This document shows positions 15,001-21,000 of a DNA stretch of 64,000 nucleotides, piece by piece. The notes under the pieces were generated by a model. The model was not told where the DNA came from. It was given only the letters and a program-made list of their open reading frames with translations, and made no database searches. Numbering within the stretch: position 1 is the first letter of the stretch; every line of letters starts with the position of its first letter. This DNA is from an uncultured Bacteroidia bacterium (lineage in GTDB: Bacteria > Bacteroidota > Bacteroidia > J057 > JADKCL01): NCBI GenBank assembly GCA_964352215.1, contig CAYGRE010000005.1, positions 18,527 through 82,526 on the forward strand. Direction: 5' to 3'. A program made the position numbers and the translations under genes.

Positions 15001-18000
15001 GGCACTCAGGATAATATCCGTAGTACCGTTGTTGCTCAAGGTAAGGCCCAATTGGTTGTTGGACCCAAGAAATACGTTTCCAAAGTCGAGGTTTTGTCCG
15101 GAAAGACTCAGGACACCATCGGTTACAGCTGGCATGACATTGCAGACCAGGAATACATAATCCTGGTAGTCACCATTGGAAGCTTCTTCGAAGGCAGCCA
15201 GGTATGCATTTGGAATGATCACACCCTGGCGGTCTTTGGCAGGATACATGCGTACTGAGTGTGGGGTAGGCACAGATGCATTCAGCGCATCTTCGGAGTA
15301 GGCCGTATGTGCAGAACTGGTCGTATACCATCCAAATACGGCATTGCCCGGATCAAAATTGGTTCCTCCACTGGAAATGATCGGGTTCAGGGTTTGGTGC
15401 TGAGGCGTAACGCCTGACATTTCACCCACCTGGACCAGGGTTGGAGTTGCTCCGGGGAGGTAATAACCGTAAGGAAGAGGCTCAAGCGGTGAATAACGGC
15501 CCACTGGAATCATGGAGACATCACCGGGACCGGCCTTCTGGAACAGTGGTTCCAGCACTTCATCTCCGATGGCATTGGCAGTTGTACCCAGGATCAGGCC
15601 GGTTCCACCAACGTCAATATTGAAACCAAGGGTTTGTGCTACCCAGTGCAGTGGGGGTTCGTTGCTGCCTTCCAGGCCTTGCGCACTGACACCATAAAGG
15701 TCGGCACTCGCGGTTGGTGCTGCGGGATCGTTGGAAGCGAAATCCAGAGCCGCACTCAGTGCACCAGTCGTTCCGTTTGGATCGAAAGTCACATCCACGG
15801 TAGTAGATGCATAAGGAGGCAGGGTCACTGGCAAGGTTGGCACGCTGCTCAATGTAAACTGACCTGCATTGGCACCGGTAAGGGCAGCACCACTTACGAT
15901 CAGGGTATCAGTACCGTTGTTCACGACAGTAACGGTGACCGGACCATCTGTGGTTGTCTGGGTAGAAGCGAAAATGGCTTCTTCAGGAATAACCGCAATC
16001 TTTGGTACCCCTACGCTGTCATTGACAGGACGAAGTAGGGTGATACGGTTGCCACCGTATTCGGAAACATAGATGTGTCCGTTGGCAACGTTTTCACAGA
16101 GGTCAAGGGGGTTGTTGAATCCGGTAAATCCAATTACACCGGGTTCGTCGCTGGCGATGTCGCCATTGGGGCCACTGGGATCAAGAACGAGGATATCATC
16201 GTTGGCACTGTAACGGACGACCAACAATTTACCCTGGAGGTAACCGCCAAAGGCATCGTTTTTGTATTCAATCACTCCGTTGGGTGACTTGTGATCTCCG
16301 AAATCGAAGGCCGAACCGGCCCAGGCAATGTCGGGATCAGTTCCTACCGGATAGGCAGTTACTTCAGCTACATCGGTACCAGCTGTGGGGTTACCGCCAT
16401 TGAGGACGTACTCACCACGGGTTGGGTTCGGGCTACCGAAGTAGCGGTAAGGCCAGTTACCTCCTGAAGGGGCAGGCATCCGGAAGAGGAAGTCATGTTG
16501 GTTGGTGCTCACACCGTTCAATGCAGGAACAGTCGGACCACTGTAAGTAGTTCCGTCAGGACGGAGGGTTCCGGCCACGCTGGCCGGGGTATTTCCACCA
16601 GGTGCAGAACCATTGGTAGGAATATAAAGGTTGCCGTTGCTGTGCCAGACAAGGTCATAAGCATTTCGGGCACCGGGGCCAAAGATTTTCACTGCGGCGT
16701 TGGTGGCATAGGGGTCATAGGTTCCACCCTCTGAAGTCTGCACATTCAAGGGCAGGCTACTGTTGTTGAGGCTGGTGACATCAATCCGCAAGGTTGCAGC
16801 ACTGAGTAGGCGTTCCGGGCGGTTGCCCCAGGTATTGTCGGGAGCACCCATCGCGGTATTGGAACCTTGATTTACATAAAGCGCTCCATCGGGACCAAAT
16901 GCGAGGCTGTTGGTAACGTGGTCTTTGGTAGAACGGGGGAGATTCACGACAAAATCCTGGACATTCTGAAGGTTCTCACCGGTCAGACGGGTGATTTTTC
17001 CCTGCCAATCAGGTTGGCCGCTCAGGCCAAAGGAAGTATGGCTCACCCAGGCAATGAGGTTTTTGTCAGTAGAAGCAGGGTCAAATGCAAGACCGATCAG
17101 GAGGCGTGAGCCACCTTCTGCAGTTTGCAGACTGTTCAGGGTCTCCTGATTGGCCAGGGTACCGTCAGGATTGATGTCCCAACGATAAATCAGTCCGTCA
17201 ATACCGGAAGCATACAATTTGCCGTCAGGTCCGACCACCACGGTAGAGTAGGTATTACCATTGGTAATGGTCAATGGAATCTGCTCAAACTGTGGGATAC
17301 TGGATGCTGTGGTTGCATTTCCCGTCGTGAAGGTCATGGTGAAGGGAACAAATCCAAATCCTGATTCGTCCTGCAAGCCACTGGTTACTTCAAATGTGTA
17401 CTGCGTATTGGGCAAGAGCTGAACAGATGGGGTCAGAATGATGGCATCTCCACCACCAGTGGTATTCAGGACAGAAGGTACCGGTGTACTGGGTGAGCCG
17501 GTAGGATAAATCAAAACGGTGGTGCTGCTCAAAGTGGCAGAGTCGATGGCTGCATTGGGAAGGTTGACATCCGCGGTAACGGAAGTATTGACAGAAACAC
17601 CGGTGGCTCCATTGACAGGGGTGGTGGTGGTTACATTCGGGTTTTGTCCGCCAACGATTAAGGTTACGGAGGCAACTGCGGTACAGTTGTTGGCATCGGT
17701 TACGGTTACACCGTAGGTTCCGGCGGCCAGGTTGGTGGCAGAAGCGGTGGTTTGCGAACCGGCAGCAACATCCCAGAGATAAGTATAGGGAGAGGAGCCA
17801 CCGCTGGCGGTGGCGGTAGCGACACCATCACTGTTGCCACTGGTTGGAGCAGTGGTCTGGGAAGCACTTGCTGCCAATACCGGAGGATCGGTCAGGGTCC
17901 CGGATGCAGAAGATGTATTGCTGGCTGCGTCGGTAACGGTAACACTGAAGGTACCGGCAGCAAGACCTGTCGCGGTGGCAGTGGTCTGAGACCCGGCCGC

Positions 18001-21000
18001 AACATCCCAGAGGTAGGTATAAGGGGGTGTGCCACCATTGGCGGTGACGGTTAATGCGCCATCAGAGGCACCGGCACAGCTGATATCCGCACCATTGTAA
18101 TTAGAAGTGACCGCGACATTCGCAGTGAAGTTCGAAGCGCCAATAACCTGTACATTGTCGAAGATGCTGTTATTAATGGCACCATCGTTGTGAGAAGTCA
18201 CCGCCAAACCTACATACAGGGCCTGTGGCAGGGTGATGGTTTGGGTAGCTCCCTGTTGGGTCCAGGTGATTCCATCCGCACTGTAATAGCCCGTGAAATC
18301 ATTTCCGGAACGCACGATCCGCACCCACAAGGGCAGAATCTGGGTCGTTTGGTTGCTGTTGGAGATGGAAGTTCCTCCGGTTGTATTCCGGGATTGCCAG
18401 GACCAGCCATTGGCTCCACGCTTGAGCATCATGGCTTCAATCGAATTGGCATCGAGGGTTTCACGCATCATGACACCGGCCTTGGCCCATGGATTGGTAT
18501 TGGTGATACTGGTGACGCGGGCGATTACTTCACCATCTCCAACCAAGGTGGTATAGGCAAACTGGAATTCATCTGCAGTTCCCCAGATATCAACTCCGGA
18601 TCCATCCACGTACCAGGTGTCCGTAATTGAATTGTAACAACTTGCACCTACTGCGGCCACGTTTCCGATGTCCTGAGCAGCCCAGCCAATTGGCAGGGCG
18701 CAGGTATCACAAGTGGGAGTCGTCCCGTCAATGGTAGCGTTTCCAACGACGGTACAAAGGTTGGCATCGGTAATGGTCACTGAATAGGTACCATTGGTCA
18801 ATCCTCCTACGGTGTCGGTGGTGGCGCTGCCAGCGTTGGCATCCCAGAGATAGGTATAGGGCATTTGGCCCCCGGAAGGAGATGCGGTCAGCTCCCCGAG
18901 TCCGTTTTCAAGGCAGGCATCGACCTGGACCAGGAGTGGGATCACACTCAAGGTGACAGACCCGGTTGCGGTCTGGTTGAGGGCATCCGTAACTGTGACG
19001 GTATAGGTTCCTGCCCCTAAGCCGGTCAGGGTATCGGTGGTACCGCCATTGCTCCAGGTATAGGTGAGTGGGTATTGTCCATTGGTGACCTCTGCCCAAA
19101 TACTGCCGTCTACATCACCGACACATTCTATGTCGTTAATCAGGTTGACGCTTACCGTAAGCTGTGGGTTGACACCTTCTCCGGTCAGGACGATGGTATC
19201 AGGAGAGGTGGGTGCGTCGTGGGTGACGACAATATAAGCTGAACGCAGTCCTACCGTGGTGGGTGTAAATGTAAAAGGTACATCCACATTGCTGCCCCCC
19301 GAGAGGTTCAAGGGATAGGTTGGTGCTGTGAAAGCAAAGTCCCCCGCGTCCGCACCACCAATGGCAATGCCGGTAATGGTGAGGGTGCTGTCCACGGCTC
19401 CACTGTTGGCCAGGTTCAGGTTCTGAGCTGCCGATGTGGTCGCAACCTGCTGAGAGAAGAAGTGCAAAGGGTCCGGGGTAGCGACCAATGCTGCCGGAGC
19501 CGGATTGGCAGGACCCAGTGGTCCAACCACCTCAATCGCCCCCACCTTGGCATTCTGGATCACATTCACCCACTGGAGATCAAGTGAACCATCTTGTACA
19601 TTGACAATGATCGTTTCCTGGATCGCAGTCTGGTAACCGGCTTCTACCCAGATGTCATAGTCGTCCAGTACGACCTGCCCTTCCGCAACCACATCAAAGA
19701 CACGTAGATTGGCACCGTTGGCACCACTCCAGTTCTCGGAAAAGTGGAGGATCAATTCATAGTTTCCGGTGTCGGCCAGTGGGAAATTGTAAGAGAAGTT
19801 ACCGTACCGGTAGAATTGATAGAGGGGATCGTCCAGGGTGTTGGCGATGGCCAAACCACCGTTGGCAGTTCCCGAACCACCAGTAAAGTAATTGTCCGGT
19901 TCAAAAGTATTGCCGTTGACATCGATATGGGTGGTGCTGTTACAGTTGATCCGGTAGACACCCAGGTCCTGGAATCCTCCTCCGATCAGGGAAACACTCA
20001 AGGGGCCGCCAGCGCCGGTATGGTCTACAACCAGGGTGCCGGAACGGCCACCTGCCACGCTGGGCGTGTAAGTAATGTCGAGGTTGAGGCTGTCTCCTGC
20101 GGGGAGGTAATAGGGCAGGGTCCCACTGAAATTGCTGGTCCAGTCAGGATCACCGGTAAAACCAAGTGAGGTAATGAAGATACCCTGGTTGCCTCCGGTA
20201 TTGGTAATCGTGAAACTCTGCACATCCGAGTTACCGATGGTAATGGTTCCAAAGTCATAAGATCCGGGATTGCTGTTCAGGGTGCTGGCAAATACTGGAT
20301 TGCCGAGGGCCGGGCGAAGTCCGAAGAAGGAAAATGCCTCGATGGTATTCAGTTCGGGACCACCGCCGCGGTTGCCGGAACCGGCTGCGACGTAGAGAAC
20401 ACCGTTGTTGGAAATCATCGAGGTACCGTGACGGCCATCAATCATGTTGTCCAGTGAACGCCAGGAATCAGTGGTCGGATTGTAAGCCTCTGTTTCCTCG
20501 TGTCCGGCAGATTGGGTACCGGATTCACCACCCGCAATGATGATTTCATCACCGATATGTCCGGCAAAGCAACCAGCACGCTGAGTAGGAATGTTGCTGC
20601 CCGTTCCCTGGGTCACCCAGGTATTGCTGGCAATGTCATAGACATCCACCTGGCCCACGGTGGGACTGAATACCTGTCCTCCGAACCCAGTGCGGCGTCC
20701 ACCTGCATTGTAGATTTTCCCGTCGAACACTTCCGCATGGTAGTGGTCCCTTTCGATGGGGGCATCTGCCAATTGGGTCCAGGTTCCCGTCCGGGGATCG
20801 TATTTGTCCACCCAGGGTACCCAGCCGTTTACGTGACCATTCTGGATACCACAAACTACATAGACCTCATCGTTGTAAACCACGATGCCGGCTGAACCTC
20901 TCCGGCGACTCACAGGGATTTCCGGTCCTACGTGCCAGGTATCGGTGGCGACGTTGTAGATATAGATATTGGGGACAGGGGTTTCATTGGGATAGCCTCC